DNA of 64,000 nt from an uncultured cyanobacterium (lineage in GTDB: Bacteria; Cyanobacteriota; Cyanobacteriia; PCC-9006; JAAUQQ01). The notes below the pieces were generated by a model. The model was not told where the DNA came from. It saw nothing but the letters and a program-made list of their open reading frames with translations, and did no database searches. The translations under genes were made by a program, and so were the position numbers. The DNA lies in the NCBI GenBank assembly GCA_963718615.1, contig OY970368.1:4480001-4544000 (forward strand), read 5' to 3'. Positions 62,253 through 64,000 of this stretch are shown one piece after another; the stretch's first letter is position 1; every line of letters begins with the position of its first letter.

Positions 62253-63182
62253 ATGGTTTCTGTCATTTATTCCGATGAATTTCTCGATCACAACACCGGT
62301 TCGTTTCATCCGGAATGTGCAGGACGCCTCACAGCCATTATCAATGCCTTGCAGGCGGAAGATTGGGCTGAGCAAATCCATTGGCAATTGCCTCAGTCCA
62401 TCGCAGGAACCGGGGCAGAAGTCGCACTGGTTCAGCGGATTTCAGCCCTGCAAGATTGGCGCTATGTTGAAGCCGTTAAAGCGCTGGCAGCAAGAGGGGG
62501 GGGCCAAATTGATGCGGATACGATCGTTTCATCCCGCAGTTATGACGTTGCCCTTTTAGCGGTGCAGGCTTGGCTAGATGGGGTCAATCTTGTGCTGGCG
62601 TCAGGAGAGCCGGTTTTTGTGGCGGCGCGGCCACCGGGGCACCATGCCACATCGCGGCGGGGAATGGGGTTTTGTTTGTTTTCCAATGGGGCGATCGCCG
62701 CCCATTACGCCCTAGAAAAACCAGGGATTGAGCGGGTCGCGATTCTCGACTGGGATGTTCACCATGGCAATGGTACCCAGGACATTGTGGAAAAGCATGC
62801 CCAGATTGCCTATTGTTCGCTCCATCAATTTCCCCACTATCCCGGTACAGGTCGTGCCGATGAAACGGGTCAGTTTGGCAATATCTTGAATATTCCCATG
62901 GCGGCAGGTAGCGTTTTGTCGGATTATTTGTCGGCCTTTGAGGGGCAAGTCATGCCGTTCCTGCGGCAGTTTGACCCCGATTTTTTGATTATTAGTGCAG
63001 GCTACGATGCAGCCCAAGCGGATCCCCTGGCGGAAATTGCGCTACAGCCGGAGGACTATGGCATTTTGATGGAACAATGCTTGGGATTAACCCGGCGAAT
63101 TTTATTGGGATTGGAGGGGGGCTATGATTTTGAAGCGTTGGGGCGAGCCGTAGTCGCAACATTGGCGGCGGCTTTCGCTTGA
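62253..63182 (+). CDS. Histone deacetylase family protein
   Basis: HPE, RPPGHHA, GFCLFSN, DWDVHHGNGTQ, SAGYDA, LEGGY. Confidence 0.95.
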   Translation: MVSVIYSDEFLDHNTGSFHPECAGRLTAIINALQAEDWAEQIHWQLPQSIAGTGAEVALVQRISALQDWRYVEAVKALAARGGGQIDADTIVSSRSYDVALLAVQAWLDGVNLVLASGEPVFVAARPPGHHATSRRGMGFCLFSNGAIAAHYALEKPGIERVAILDWDVHHGNGTQDIVEKHAQIAYCSLHQFPHYPGTGRADETGQFGNILNIPMAAGSVLSDYLSAFEGQVMPFLRQFDPDFLIISAGYDAAQADPLAEIALQPEDYGILMEQCLGLTRRILLGLEGGYDFEALGRAVVATLAAAFA

Positions 63183-63279
63183 CCAAACGATCCATAATGC
63201 AAGAATGCAAGCGGACACACACTGCATGCTGGGTTCACGCTGAATCCAGGCTCAATTCAAGGAGTAAACCTAACTAACC

Positions 63280-63939
63280 ATGAAAGCACTCGTCGCAGGG
63301 GCCACCGGCAAAACCGGATATCGCATTGTCAAAGAACTGATTGCCCAAGGGATTCCCGTCAAGGCTTTGGTCCGGGATGCAGAAAAGGCCAAATCGCTGC
63401 TGCCGAGGGAAGCAGAAATTATCATCGGTGATGTGCTAGCGCCTGAAACCCTGGATGCGGCGCTGGTTGATTGCACTGTGCTGCTCAGCGCTACCGGCGC
63501 TGCCCCCAGTTTTGACCCCACCGGCCCCTACAAAGTTGATTACGAAGGCACCAAAAATCTGGTGGATGCCGCCAAACGCAACAACATCGAGCATTTTGTC
63601 ATGGTGTCGTCGCTGTGCGTCTCCAAGTTTTTCCATCCGCTCAATTTGTTTTGGCTGATTCTCGTTTGGAAGAAGCAAGCAGAGGAGTATCTACAACAGA
63701 GTGGTTTGACCTATACGATTGTCCGTCCCGGCGGGCTCAAGGAAGACGAGTCCGACGATCAGCTCGTGATGGAAGGTGCAGATTCGCTGTTTGAAGGCAG
63801 TTTGCCTCGGACTCAAGTGGCGCAGGTCTGTGTGGCGGCACTCTCTGAATCGGCCTCAAGGGATAAAATCGTCGAGATTGTCGCCCGATCTGATGCACCA
63901 GCAACCTCTATAAACGCGCTATTCGCTCAGGTGAAGTAG
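63280..63939 (+). CDS. Atypical SDR NAD(P)-binding protein (Tic62/Ycf39-like)
   Basis: VAGATGKTG, VDYEGTKNL, WKKQAEEYL, YTIVRPGGL. Confidence 0.9.
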   Translation: MKALVAGATGKTGYRIVKELIAQGIPVKALVRDAEKAKSLLPREAEIIIGDVLAPETLDAALVDCTVLLSATGAAPSFDPTGPYKVDYEGTKNLVDAAKRNNIEHFVMVSSLCVSKFFHPLNLFWLILVWKKQAEEYLQQSGLTYTIVRPGGLKEDESDDQLVMEGADSLFEGSLPRTQVAQVCVAALSESASRDKIVEIVARSDAPATSINALFAQVK

Positions 63940-64000
63940 CAACAGCAACCGGGGTTAAAGCCCCGACGATCGCACCTTGTAATCAATTTTCTCGATGGGT

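Larger units (their letters stand above)
1..64000. repeat. HIP1 octamer GCGATCGC dispersed throughout, very often as GGCGATCGCC
   Basis: Many copies seen by eye; none seen between 34328 and 39476. Confidence 0.9.

Overview
Cyanobacterial chromosomal window: psaA/psaB are present and the HIP1 octamer GCGATCGC is frequent. Most genes are housekeeping (trpB, rpsU, rbp, psaAB, hemW, exbBD, tab2, rps1b, dcd, rph, ychF, rpmB, gyrA). Four things stand out. (1) A divergent aldehyde-deformylating oxygenase (ado) with intact di-iron ligands lies directly upstream of a complete 2845-aa olefin synthase PKS (ols), where aar normally sits. Markers of two hydrocarbon pathways usually regarded as mutually exclusive therefore share one locus. 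(2) A HIP1-free island of about 4.3 kb between ols and dcd holds an IS1 with an 8-bp target duplication inside a Uma2 gene. It also holds an integrase-less integron-like cassette array: one well-formed attC, one decayed attC, and an attI-like site with direct repeats. (3) An in-frame XisH-XisI fusion. (4) Three single-base frameshifts, two of them at the same 9-mer CCAGAAGGA. All family assignments come from motif recognition by eye; no searches were run.
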